A DNA stretch of 64,000 bases from Syntrophobacteraceae bacterium (GTDB lineage Bacteria; Desulfobacterota; Syntrophobacteria; Syntrophobacterales; Syntrophobacteraceae): assembly GCA_025454175.1 (NCBI GenBank), contig JALOOX010000002.1, positions 52,564 through 116,563 on the forward strand, read 5' to 3'. The notes under the pieces are model-generated. The model made no database searches, was not told the origin of the DNA, and saw only the letters and a program-made list of their open reading frames with translations. Position numbers and translations under genes: made by a program. Below, one piece after another: positions 29,447 to 38,169 of the stretch (position 1 is the stretch's first letter; each line of letters begins with the position of its first letter).

Positions 29447-30373
29447 ATGGAGACGCAAGTAGAGTACCGGGTCATCACATGGAGAGAGTTGGAGGAGTGG
29501 CTCGAGGAAAAGCGGGATCTGATCATCGTCGACACCCTTACCGAGGAGCAGTTCCGAAGAATCCATCTCCCCCGAGCTGTAAACGCCTGCGTGTACCAGG
29601 TGACCTTCCTGGAACGGATGGCATCCCTCGTGCCGGACCATGGTCGCACGGTGGTGGTGTACGGCTCCAGCGAACGTTCCCTGGATGCGCTTGTTGCAGC
29701 GGAGAAGCTGGTCAGGGCGGGATACCGGCACGTGTTTGCCATGGCTGGGGGACTGCGGTCATGGCGTGAAATGGGAGGCCGGGTGGAAGGGGAAGCTCCC
29801 GAGACGGGAATGGAGTCTCCCGGTCTCTTTCTCGAGAATCGCCTTTACCAGGTGGATTTGGACGAGAGCCTCATTGAATGGGCCGGGCGCAACCCCAACA
29901 CGCGGCATTTCGGAACCCTTCGCCTCTCCGAGGGCTCCATCAGTTTTCATGACGGCAGCTTCACGGGGTCCTTCATCGTGGACATGCGCTCCATCGTCAA
30001 CAGGAGCCTGGCCGGAGATCCCCTCAAGAAAGTCCTCGAGGCCCATCTGGCGTCGGATGATTTCTTCTTCGTGGAACGGTTCCCTACGGCCCGGTTTGTC
30101 ATCGAATCGGCCAGGATTGTCGACCTTCCGACCTTGAGCGCCCCAAACTTTTCGGTGAATGGTGTTCTCGATCTTCACGGACTGAAGAAGGACATTGGCT
30201 TCGACGCGACCCTGAACAACCTGGAAGGCGGGGGCATCGTGGCCGAGGCCCATTTCGACATCGACCGCACCCGCTGGGACATCATCTACGGGTCCAGCCG
30301 TTTCTTCGAGCACCTGGGCATGCACCTGGTTTTCGATCTCATCAGCATCCAGATGCGCATCGTGGCCAGGTGA
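29447..30373 (+). CDS. rhodanese-homology domain fused to YceI-like domain
   Basis: N-terminal rhodanese fold (IIVDTLTEEQFRRIHLPRAVN...VVVYGSSERS...GGLRSWRE). C-terminal YceI-like motifs (FTGSFIVDMRSI..., VNGVLDLHGLKKDIGFDATL). ATG 29447. Confidence 0.72.
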   Translation: METQVEYRVITWRELEEWLEEKRDLIIVDTLTEEQFRRIHLPRAVNACVYQVTFLERMASLVPDHGRTVVVYGSSERSLDALVAAEKLVRAGYRHVFAMAGGLRSWREMGGRVEGEAPETGMESPGLFLENRLYQVDLDESLIEWAGRNPNTRHFGTLRLSEGSISFHDGSFTGSFIVDMRSIVNRSLAGDPLKKVLEAHLASDDFFFVERFPTARFVIESARIVDLPTLSAPNFSVNGVLDLHGLKKDIGFDATLNNLEGGGIVAEAHFDIDRTRWDIIYGSSRFFEHLGMHLVFDLISIQMRIVAR

Positions 30374-30635
30374 GGGGCACTGAGACGTTTCGAGCTTCTG
30401 GTTTCGAGTTGAAGACCAGTGCCGGCGGGAGCGTTTTCATCGGTTGGGACGGCCCGGAGGGACATGGGGGCCTGCACAGGGGTGTGGGGGTGACCCGGAA
30501 GACTCGCACGCGGACTTCGTTTCGAGTCATGGCTGATGCGTCGCCCCGTGCCGAATCCCGTTGACAAGTCCATCCCTTTTGTGGTCAGGTGACTTCCTGA
30601 CGATGGTGCGTCCATCGTTATTAATGCTTCAATGA

Positions 30636-30745
30636 ACATCGAACATCGGCTCTCCGATTCTCCTGTCCTAAGGCGTGAGCTATGGCGGGCGGAACTGCAG
30701 GGTGTGGCGGGAAACGGCCACGCCTCCCATCGCGGAAAGGGGAGC
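30636..30745 (+). promoter_or_regulatory. candidate molybdenum/tungsten cofactor (Moco RNA motif) riboswitch
   Basis: CUCCGA (30651-30657 region) and, about 70 nt later, GCCUCCC-N6-GGAAAGG (30719-30741). These resemble the two conserved blocks of the Moco RNA motif as I remember them. The element sits in the leader of a tungstate/molybdate transporter operon. Boundaries are approximate. Confidence 0.45.
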
Positions 30746-30765
30746 GCATCGGACCGGGTATGCCG

Positions 30766-30807
30766 GCCGGGGCCTGCTTCGCTTCTCCAGGGGTCCCGGC
30801 TTTTTTT
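30766..30807 (+). terminator. intrinsic terminator (possible riboswitch expression platform)
   Basis: GCCGGGGCCTG ... CAGGGGTCCCGGC stem (about 10 bp including wobbles), followed directly by TTTTTTT (30801-30807). It lies about 200 nt upstream of tupA. Confidence 0.6.
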
Positions 30808-31014
30808 GTTTATGGTCCGGGGACGCAATGGGAACCACCCCGGCGAGTTTCAATGCAGGTTCGCTCGATCCGTGCGGTGGGAGCCAGGGCCGAGTTTTCA
30901 ACGGGAAGGGGGTGAGGCAGGAAGGAATCCGCTGCTGAGCGTCTCTTGCGGCGCTGAGCGGCCATCGGCAGGAAGGAAGACCCCCCACGGAAATCTTCAT
31001 GAAAGGATCCCGAC

Positions 31015-31866
31015 ATGAACAATTCGCGCATCCGTTTCTTTGTCTGTTGCCTGTTTTCCCTCGCGGCTTTCGCCGGCGTCTTGTCCGCACAGGGCAAAGC
31101 CCTGGCCGCGGATCAGAAGGACCTGATCCTCTCCACCACGACGTCCACGGTGGACACGGGTCTGCTCGACGTTCTCGTTCCCATCTTCGAAAAGCAGACC
31201 GGCTTCCGGGTGAAGACCATTTCGGTCGGCACCGGGCAGGCGCTCGCCATGGGAGAGAGGGGCGAGGCCGACGTGCTGCTGGTCCATGCCCCCGAAGCCG
31301 AAAAGAAGCTCATCGACGCCGGGGTGGGGATCAACTATCAGCTGGTCATGCACAATGACTTCATCCTGGTCGGCCCGGCCGCCGATCCCGCCGGCGCCAG
31401 GGGCAAGCCGGCCCCCGAGGCCGTGAAGGCCATCGCAGGGAAGGAAGCCCTGTTCATCTCCCGTGGAGATGACTCGGGCACGCACAAGAAGGAGCTCTCC
31501 CTCTGGAAAAAGGCCGACGTGGCTCCCCAGGGCGCCAAGTGGTACCAGGAATCCGGCCAGGGCATGGGAGCGACCCTTCTCATGGCCTCCGAAAAGCAGG
31601 GCTACACGCTCACGGATCGGGGCACCTTTCTGGCCCAGAAATCCAACATCAGGCTCGATATCATTTCCGAGGGGGATCAGGCGCTTCTGAACATCTATCA
31701 CGTGATGCAGGTGAACCCGGAGAAGTTCAGCCGGGTGAACGCGGCGGGAGGCAAGGCCTTCGTGGAATTCATGGTGGCTCCAGAGACCCAGAAGATCATC
31801 GGCGAGTTCGGCAAGGACAAGTACGGGTCACCGCTCTTCTTCCCGGATGCCGGCAAGAAGATGTAA
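31015..31866 (+). CDS. tupA: tungstate/molybdate ABC transporter substrate-binding protein (TupA-like)
   Basis: Signal peptide, then LILSTTTSTVDTGLLDVLVPIFE (the TTTS motif recalled for TupA) and a PBP_like_2 fold. Confidence 0.75.
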   Translation: MNNSRIRFFVCCLFSLAAFAGVLSAQGKALAADQKDLILSTTTSTVDTGLLDVLVPIFEKQTGFRVKTISVGTGQALAMGERGEADVLLVHAPEAEKKLIDAGVGINYQLVMHNDFILVGPAADPAGARGKPAPEAVKAIAGKEALFISRGDDSGTHKKELSLWKKADVAPQGAKWYQESGQGMGATLLMASEKQGYTLTDRGTFLAQKSNIRLDIISEGDQALLNIYHVMQVNPEKFSRVNAAGGKAFVEFMVAPETQKIIGEFGKDKYGSPLFFPDAGKKM

Positions 31867-31896
31867 TTCCCTGATGGATGACGCGGAGGCCGGCCC

Positions 31897-32595
31897 GTGA
31901 ACGTGATGCTGGAGGGAATCCAGGAAGCTTTTCGGCTGCTCGTGACGCTCGATCCGGACGTTGTGGACATCACGCTGCGGACCGTCCAGGTGTCCTGCAC
32001 AGCGACCTTCATCAGCGTCCTCATCGGGATTCCCGTCGGGACCTCCCTCGCGTTGATACGTTTCACGGGACGCGGCTTTCTCGTCAGTCTGGTCAACTTC
32101 GGCATGGGGCTGCCTCCCGTGGTTGTGGGGCTGGGCACCTGGCTCTGCCTCACACGGTATGGCCCCCTCGGGTTCCTGGGACTGCTCTATACGCCGACGG
32201 CCATGGTGATCGCCCAGGCGGTGATCGCCTCCCCGCTTGTCGCGGGCTTCACCATCGCCGCCATTCAATCGGTGAACCCCAAGATGCGGCTGCAGATCCT
32301 CTCGCTCGGAACAAACCGTATACAGTATCTGGCCCTTTTGCTCTGGCAGGCCCGGCTTGGCGTCCTGGCCGCGGTGATCGCCGGGTTTGGGGGGGTGATC
32401 AGCGAGGTGGGAGCCTCCATGATGGTGGGAGGAAATGTGAGAGGGTACACCCGGGTTCTGACAACGGCCACGGTGCTCGAAGTCTCCAAGGGGAGATTCG
32501 AGCTGGCCACGGCCCTCAGCTTGATCCTCCTGCTTCTCACCTTCTGCATTGTCGCGGTGCTGAGCGCCCTGCAGCAGGGGCGGGGACGAACATGA
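31897..32595 (+). CDS. tupB: tungstate/molybdate ABC transporter permease (TupB-like)
   Basis: 232-aa polytopic ORF with a GTG start preceded by GCGGAGG. Its stop overlaps the next ATG (ATGA). Confidence 0.75.
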   Translation: MNVMLEGIQEAFRLLVTLDPDVVDITLRTVQVSCTATFISVLIGIPVGTSLALIRFTGRGFLVSLVNFGMGLPPVVVGLGTWLCLTRYGPLGFLGLLYTPTAMVIAQAVIASPLVAGFTIAAIQSVNPKMRLQILSLGTNRIQYLALLLWQARLGVLAAVIAGFGGVISEVGASMMVGGNVRGYTRVLTTATVLEVSKGRFELATALSLILLLLTFCIVAVLSALQQGRGRT

Positions 32596-33314
32596 CCGGA
32601 CCGATGCTTCAGGCCGAGAATCTCAGGTGGACCGAGGGCGGCCGTGACATCGTCTCGGTTCGGGAGCTGGTCCTTGCCAAGGGGGAGGTGCTGGCCGTCG
32701 TCGGGCCCAACGGCGCAGGCAAGTCGAGCCTGCTTCTCATGCTGGCTTTGCTGCAGAAACCCACGGAGGGTACCATCCGCATCGACGGAGAACCGACGCA
32801 CAACGGCAATCGACTGGATCTGCGGCGACGCATGGCGACCGTTTTCCAGGAGTCGCTCCTGCTAGACTGCTCCGTGCAACACAACATTTCGTGGGCGCTC
32901 CGGATACGGGGCGTGAGTCGCCGTGAGGCAGACCGGCGGACGGCGGAGTGGCTGGAGAGGTTCGGCATTGGTCACCTGGCCCGGCGGGCGGCGCGGCATC
33001 TTTCCGGAGGCGAAGCCCAGCGTACCAGTCTCGCGCGCGCCTTTGCCCTTGAACCGGACATCCTCTTTCTCGACGAGCCCTTTTCGGCCCTCGACTACCC
33101 GACGCGTAACCAGCTCATCGAGGAGCTCGGAGTGTTTCTCCGGGAGACCGGGACGACAACCTTCTTCGTGACCCACGATTTCAGCGAGATCCCGCGACTG
33201 GCCGGACGGGTGGTCGTCCTGTACGAAGGAAAGCCGGTACGGGAAGGGACCGTTCGGGAGATTTTCGGGGAGGAAGGGCTCAAGTGGAGCGCCTGGGTTC
33301 CGTGGCGGTTCTAG
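32592..33314 (+). CDS. tupC: tungstate/molybdate ABC transporter ATP-binding protein (TupC-like)
   Basis: Walker A GPNGAGKSS, signature LSGGEAQRTSL, Walker B ILFLDEPFSALD. The real start is ATG 32592 (MTGPMLQAENL). The rest of the 478-aa track ORF is an out-of-frame overlap of tupB. Confidence 0.82.
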   Translation: MTGPMLQAENLRWTEGGRDIVSVRELVLAKGEVLAVVGPNGAGKSSLLLMLALLQKPTEGTIRIDGEPTHNGNRLDLRRRMATVFQESLLLDCSVQHNISWALRIRGVSRREADRRTAEWLERFGIGHLARRAARHLSGGEAQRTSLARAFALEPDILFLDEPFSALDYPTRNQLIEELGVFLRETGTTTFFVTHDFSEIPRLAGRVVVLYEGKPVREGTVREIFGEEGLKWSAWVPWRF

Positions 33315-33371
33315 CAGTTTCTCATGCCCCTCCGGGCCACCCGAGACCATGAATAGGCTCCCGGTGGGGCT

Positions 33372-33406
33372 GGTTTTCAACTCGAAGCCCGAAGCTCGAA
33401 ACCCGA
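33372..33406. repeat. period-7 tandem array, second family (plus strand ggttttc aactcga agcccga agctcga aacccga)
   Basis: Directly visible 7-nt periodicity in the convergent spacer between tupC and the HD-GYP gene. Confidence 0.7.
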
Positions 33407-33408
33407 AG

Positions 33409-34650
33409 CTATTCAGAGCTGGTGTTCGCTACTGGATCAGGTGACGGCAGGGAAGGGTTGATCCCGTCATTTCCCGGCCCATGGCAAGGTTCGCCGGCCT
33501 TCGGAGCGACAATCCGCAGGAAATTCTCGACAAGTATGGGATTGAAGGTCGTTCCCTTCTCCTTGTTCAGGATGTTGATGATTTGGTCCATCGGTTTGGG
33601 CTCACTGTAGGAGCGCCGGCTTCGCAGGGCGTCGAACACGTCCGCGATGGAGATGAGCTGCGCCACCATGTTGGGCTTCCAGCCGGGCTTCACGGCCGGG
33701 TAACCCGTGCCGTCGAAACGAAGGTGGTGCTCCATGGCGGCCAGCACCGCGATTTTGGGAATGCCTTCCACTTCCATCAGATAACGCCCCCCTTTGACGG
33801 GATGGGTCTCGATGATGGCCCGCTCGTCGCTGGTGAGCCTGCCGGGCTTGCTCAGGATCTCCTCGGGTATGAACGTTTTTCCCACGTCGTGGAGCAGCGA
33901 GGCCATGCCGATGTCGTAGAGCTGCTTTTCGCCGAAGCCGAGCCTCTGGGCCTGGATGAGCGTCAGGATGCACACGTTGACGACGTGGGTGAAGGTGTAC
34001 TCGTCATTGTGCTTCACCGTTGCGAGCAGGCTGAGGGGGTTCATGTTCCTGCGGATCTCCAAGATCAGCTTCCGCACCGAGTCGTCGACACCCCGAATGC
34101 TTAGCTGCTTGCGCTCCTCGGCCAGAAGATAAAGCTCCCTCATCCTTGTGATGTCTCTTTCATCCATGCTGCTCAGGACGCTCATGACCTCCCTGGCTTC
34201 CGTGGACACGTCCTGGCTGTCGGAGGACGGTGCGTCGGACTTGACCCGGATCTCGACATGGCCGAGCTTGATGGAGGGCCACGAGCGAACGGCCGGGACC
34301 TCCTTGGACGCCAGATCCTGGATGAGCTCCTCGAATTCCGCCGGGGACAATCCCTTCAGGAAGGTGATGCGCTCCACGCCCTTTTCCCGTATGACCCGCA
34401 CGAATCTTTCGACGGTATGGCCCGCTGCCACAAGGGAGTGGTTGTCGAGGATGAGCTCGTCTCCAACCGTGAAGACCGTGACGCTGCCTTTGAGATCGAG
34501 GATCTCCGAGAGATCCCGGTGTGCCCTGCCCACATGCTGAGTGACCAGCGCGTGTGACTGGGAATACAGCCGAAGGTTGGTGATGGCGGCGGTGAACTGG
34601 GAGATGACTCTGAGCATCTTGTTGTGAATCACGGACTCTTTCATGACCAT
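33409..34650 (-). CDS. HD-GYP domain phosphohydrolase (c-di-GMP phosphodiesterase family)
   Basis: HDVGKTFIP ... HHLRFDGTGYP in the C-terminal half. The N-terminal roughly 130 aa resemble the N-terminus of the upstream 791-aa protein. Confidence 0.85.
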   Translation of the reverse strand: MVMKESVIHNKMLRVISQFTAAITNLRLYSQSHALVTQHVGRAHRDLSEILDLKGSVTVFTVGDELILDNHSLVAAGHTVERFVRVIREKGVERITFLKGLSPAEFEELIQDLASKEVPAVRSWPSIKLGHVEIRVKSDAPSSDSQDVSTEAREVMSVLSSMDERDITRMRELYLLAEERKQLSIRGVDDSVRKLILEIRRNMNPLSLLATVKHNDEYTFTHVVNVCILTLIQAQRLGFGEKQLYDIGMASLLHDVGKTFIPEEILSKPGRLTSDERAIIETHPVKGGRYLMEVEGIPKIAVLAAMEHHLRFDGTGYPAVKPGWKPNMVAQLISIADVFDALRSRRSYSEPKPMDQIINILNKEKGTTFNPILVENFLRIVAPKAGEPCHGPGNDGINPSLPSPDPVANTSSE

Positions 34651-34692
34651 CCAATCCAGCGACGGGGAGGGCGGGCATGGCGCGGGGCCTGC

Positions 34693-37068
34693 TCAGGCGG
34701 GAGGTCGCGGCATGCCTTTGAGCTCCAGTCGATCGCATATTCTCTGAATCCGGATGTCCCCGGATTTTCCGCCGATCTCAATGAGCCTGTGCAGAGATTC
34801 CGTCGGATAGCCCGCAAGGGACTCGAAGAGCATGAGCTTCACAATCCCGAGCCGCCTGGGGGACAGGGTCCAAGATCTTGCGGCAGTCCCTTCCAGCAGG
34901 GGGACGACCCGCACATCGCCGATTCTCCCGAGGGTCCTGAGGATTTCCTCGTTCAATCGAAGGGATGCCTGGCTGATGAAGCGAGTTTTGATCCGACGGG
35001 CGAGATCCTCGGAGACTTCGGCGACCCGGTAATACCCTGCAAGACCGATGGCGCGAAAGGATTCTTCCGGGTCCGGGGACAGGATCACCTGGCGCAGGAA
35101 GGTGGCGGCGTAAGGGTCTTTGAGCTCAAGCAGGGTGACGAGCGCATCCATGCTCACCAGGCGGTTCTCATGGGAGAGAAGACGTCGGATTGCAGCCGTG
35201 CCGTCGGTCTTCCCGATGGCCTGGACGACCGCCAGCAGATTTCTCAGGACGTTGGCCGGCGCGTTGTCGAATTGATTGTAAACCTCCTCGATGGTCCTCT
35301 CCCCGAAACCGGTCAGAAGCTCGAGGAGTGCATGCTTGGGGCTTGGGTACTCATGACCGGCGTAAGCCCGGATGAGCTCGGGAATGCAGGGACTGCCGAT
35401 CTCGGCAAGGAGGCTCAACACCTTTTTACGTTGCTCGTCGGTGCAGCTGTCGAGTGCCGCTACCGCCGCGGAAATGATGTCCGGGTCCTTGAATGCCTGC
35501 AATGAAGATTCGGCCAGTTGGGAGAGGGGCTGCGGTTTTTCTCCGGTGTGCCTTCTGAAGACCTCGAGGATTTCGTGAGCCAGCTCGACCTCCCCGAGGC
35601 GCAGATGGTCTGGGACGCTCTCCATGATTTTACGGCTGAAGACGAGGTAATCGTCGGAATCGATGGCCTTGTCCATCAGAGCCAGCATCATCTGGGTGAG
35701 GCGCAGATCCAGCTCGTGCTCGTCGATTGAGCTCTGATAGCGATTCCGGGGATGAGCCGAGCCCTCGGACCGGGCCGCTCCCCGGGCTGCCCCGCCTGCC
35801 GGCGCTCCCGAGGACGGGCCGCTCTCGTCTCCACCATCCGCTGCGGCAGTTCGCGTGATGAGGTCCTTCAGCAGGGCCTGGTAATCCGAATCGACATAGG
35901 TCTCGTAGGATTCGCGCTGGAGAAGGTCCTTGACGTTCTCCCTCGAAAGGCGCCCCGAGGAATCGGCTCCGGATGCGGTTTGAGGCTTCTGGCGGCGTTC
36001 TTCGGGCCGGGCAATCCGGAGCTGGGAAATCCGCTCGAGCAGGGCGATCAGGGTCGGAGAGATCTCCTTCCCCTCTTCGTTGGCCTGCTGGATCATCTCG
36101 ACCACGACGTCATCGGGGAAGCAGTTGAGCACGGTTTCGTCGCCGTGCTCCGCCATGTGGTCGAATGTCACCGACAGAAACTGCCCCCTCAGGTGCGGAT
36201 TGAGGTCTTTCAGGAGGGAGATGAAGCTCTCGAGGGGCTGATTTCCGGTTGTGTCGCGAACGTATTTGGCGATGGTGGCTTCATAGCTTTCGATCGCCTT
36301 TTTCAGATTGAGAAGACCACCATTCAGGAGATGTGCAATCTCTGAAGGTCTCAGCTTCTTGTTTTTAGCGAGGTGCTCGAGCTGGCCTTGGGCATCCAGC
36401 TGCCCCGAGAGAAGATTCGCCACGAATGACCGCCAGACATGGCTGTTGAGATCGATCTTTCCCTTGCCCCTGGCTGCCGGGATCTCCTGCTCCTCGGTGA
36501 GGTGAAGCCCCGAAAAGTCGATGGGCTGGACCCGAATATGGCTGAGGGATGCTTCCTTCGCCACCTCCTGGATTCCGCCCGACTCACGGATCTCGAAGGT
36601 GTCCCGTGTCAGGATGGCGCAGAAATGGTGAATGTGCTCCCTGGAAAGCCCCGGCAAAAAGGAGACGGCGGCGATGTCCCGCGCATGGAGGGCCATGGAG
36701 AAGTCTTTGAAAACGAGGTTCTTGCGATCCAGATAGCTGTCGCCAACGAAGAGGCAGTCCCTGGCCACGCCCACGGTGATCTCTGGCGAGGTTTCCAGGA
36801 GACGGCTCAAGACGCCGTGGGCACGCTCGATGCTGCGTTCGAGCTGTGCATGACCGACCGGATAGATCGAGAAGTTTTTGCGGGCGATGTTGAGCTCGAT
36901 GATGGCCTGACCGAGGAGCTTGGTGTCCAGAGCCTTCTCAGTAGACCCTGCCGGCTTCTCCACGGACGGATATACCGGTGGGTTTTCGCTCGGCGCCATG
37001 GCTCCCGGCCGGCTGTCTCCTGGCGTTGCCTCTCGTGCCCTGTCCGTGGTCATTGTGTCATGATTCAT
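34693..37068 (-). CDS. large HEAT/ARM-like repeat protein, function unknown
   Basis: 791-aa ORF, helical-repeat-like throughout, 42 nt upstream of the HD-GYP gene. The exact start (37068 or a downstream Met) is uncertain. Confidence 0.7.
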   Translation of the reverse strand: MNHDTMTTDRAREATPGDSRPGAMAPSENPPVYPSVEKPAGSTEKALDTKLLGQAIIELNIARKNFSIYPVGHAQLERSIERAHGVLSRLLETSPEITVGVARDCLFVGDSYLDRKNLVFKDFSMALHARDIAAVSFLPGLSREHIHHFCAILTRDTFEIRESGGIQEVAKEASLSHIRVQPIDFSGLHLTEEQEIPAARGKGKIDLNSHVWRSFVANLLSGQLDAQGQLEHLAKNKKLRPSEIAHLLNGGLLNLKKAIESYEATIAKYVRDTTGNQPLESFISLLKDLNPHLRGQFLSVTFDHMAEHGDETVLNCFPDDVVVEMIQQANEEGKEISPTLIALLERISQLRIARPEERRQKPQTASGADSSGRLSRENVKDLLQRESYETYVDSDYQALLKDLITRTAAADGGDESGPSSGAPAGGAARGAARSEGSAHPRNRYQSSIDEHELDLRLTQMMLALMDKAIDSDDYLVFSRKIMESVPDHLRLGEVELAHEILEVFRRHTGEKPQPLSQLAESSLQAFKDPDIISAAVAALDSCTDEQRKKVLSLLAEIGSPCIPELIRAYAGHEYPSPKHALLELLTGFGERTIEEVYNQFDNAPANVLRNLLAVVQAIGKTDGTAAIRRLLSHENRLVSMDALVTLLELKDPYAATFLRQVILSPDPEESFRAIGLAGYYRVAEVSEDLARRIKTRFISQASLRLNEEILRTLGRIGDVRVVPLLEGTAARSWTLSPRRLGIVKLMLFESLAGYPTESLHRLIEIGGKSGDIRIQRICDRLELKGMPRPPA

Positions 37069-37250
37069 CGAAGACTTCCCTGCGGGGCGCCATGGTTTTC
37101 GTCGTCTTTTCTCCTGGAGCCACCGGATGGCGGCATCGCCGCGGACTCCACTATGTTGAGGCTTTCGGAAGACGACGCACGGTCACCCGGTTCCCCGTCC
37201 GTACTTCCCCGTATAAACGGCACATACGTCGTTGCATCTGAGAGCTTTTT

Positions 37251-37267
37251 CGCAAGTCCGGCTCCAG
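37251..37267 (-). promoter_or_regulatory. candidate sigma-54 promoter for the HEAT/HD-GYP operon
   Basis: The minus strand reads CTGGAGC-CGGAC-TTGCG. This has the invariant GG and GC with canonical spacing (consensus TGGCAC-N5-TTGC), about 185 nt upstream of the ORF start. Confidence 0.35.
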
Positions 37268-37575
37268 GCGGGCTCCCAGCGGCTGACGCGGACAGGCGTT
37301 TCATGTGGCGGCCGCTCATGCCACGCGGAACACGCCTTTCGGCGCACGCCGGCCTGGTGTCAGCCTGCCGTCGAGACCCTTTTTCAACCTGGAGGTTGTC
37401 GGAGCCACGGCGCCGGAGCCTGCTTCCTCCTCAAGAGATGTCTCTCTCTTGCCGACTGACTGGTGGGCGCTTCGGCAATCCTCGCGTCGAGAACATTGAC
37501 CCTGGCGCCACGACGTGACCTGGGGCTCGGCACGATTTCGACCATTTGCATTGAATATGAATGGAGGATTCAACC

Positions 37576-37794
37576 GTGAAGATCATTGCTCTCCTGCAAA
37601 AACTTGGGATTTTGCGCTTCGGGGCCAAGGCGGCCGTTTATCGTGATGGCACCGGGCGGCCTGTGGAATTCATGATGGACGACGTTTTCAATGCCGAGAA
37701 GGACCTGGCTTACCAGAAATCGGCGGACTCCAAGGCTCCCCCGAAGAAGCGGTCGAGCAAGCACTCCGACCATTCCAGTTTTTCCCTGGATTGA
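37576..37794 (+). CDS. hypothetical small protein (72 aa)
   Basis: GGAGG lies 8 nt before GTG 37576. The sequence VKIIALLQKLGILRFGAKAAVYRDGTGRPVEFMMDDVF... shows codon third positions that look coding-like. No family recognised. Confidence 0.4.
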   Translation: MKIIALLQKLGILRFGAKAAVYRDGTGRPVEFMMDDVFNAEKDLAYQKSADSKAPPKKRSSKHSDHSSFSLD

Positions 37795-38169
37795 TGCTGA
37801 AAAAAGCCATTGCAGGGCAGCCGGAAAAGATGCTGACTCAGAGTGGCATCGGTTCTGTCAGTCCACCGGGATGACCCGCAGCTCGCCCCCCATCGAGCAA
37901 GGGGCGGGCGGGGTCGGTCTCCAGCCGGTCCTCCTTCGAAAACACACCGATCACAGCTCACGGGCGCCTCTCCCAGTTCAAATCCAATTCGAGATTCACG
38001 AGGCTCACGCGGACCACGAGTGCCAAGACGGGGGAATCCGTTCTCTGCGGGCCGCGGAGCGTACGCCATTCGCGGATTTCGATCCGTTGGGGAACTGTGG
38101 TAGTGTGGCGTTCAGCGGGCGATTCGAGCTTATCCGCCTGTGCTGGCCCACGGTTCACGGAGGACGGAG

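Noticed and set aside
31878-32591. N-terminal 238 aa of the 478-aa track ORF ending at 33314
   Set aside because: This part is an out-of-frame overlap of the TupB permease gene with an Arg/Gly/Pro-rich translation. The ABC ATPase begins at ATG 32592, which overlaps the tupB stop.
37975-37985. tRNA-like T-loop string AGTTCAAATCC in the gene-poor region
   Set aside because: The flanking bases do not form a T-stem, and no acceptor or anticodon arms could be built. I read it as a chance match.
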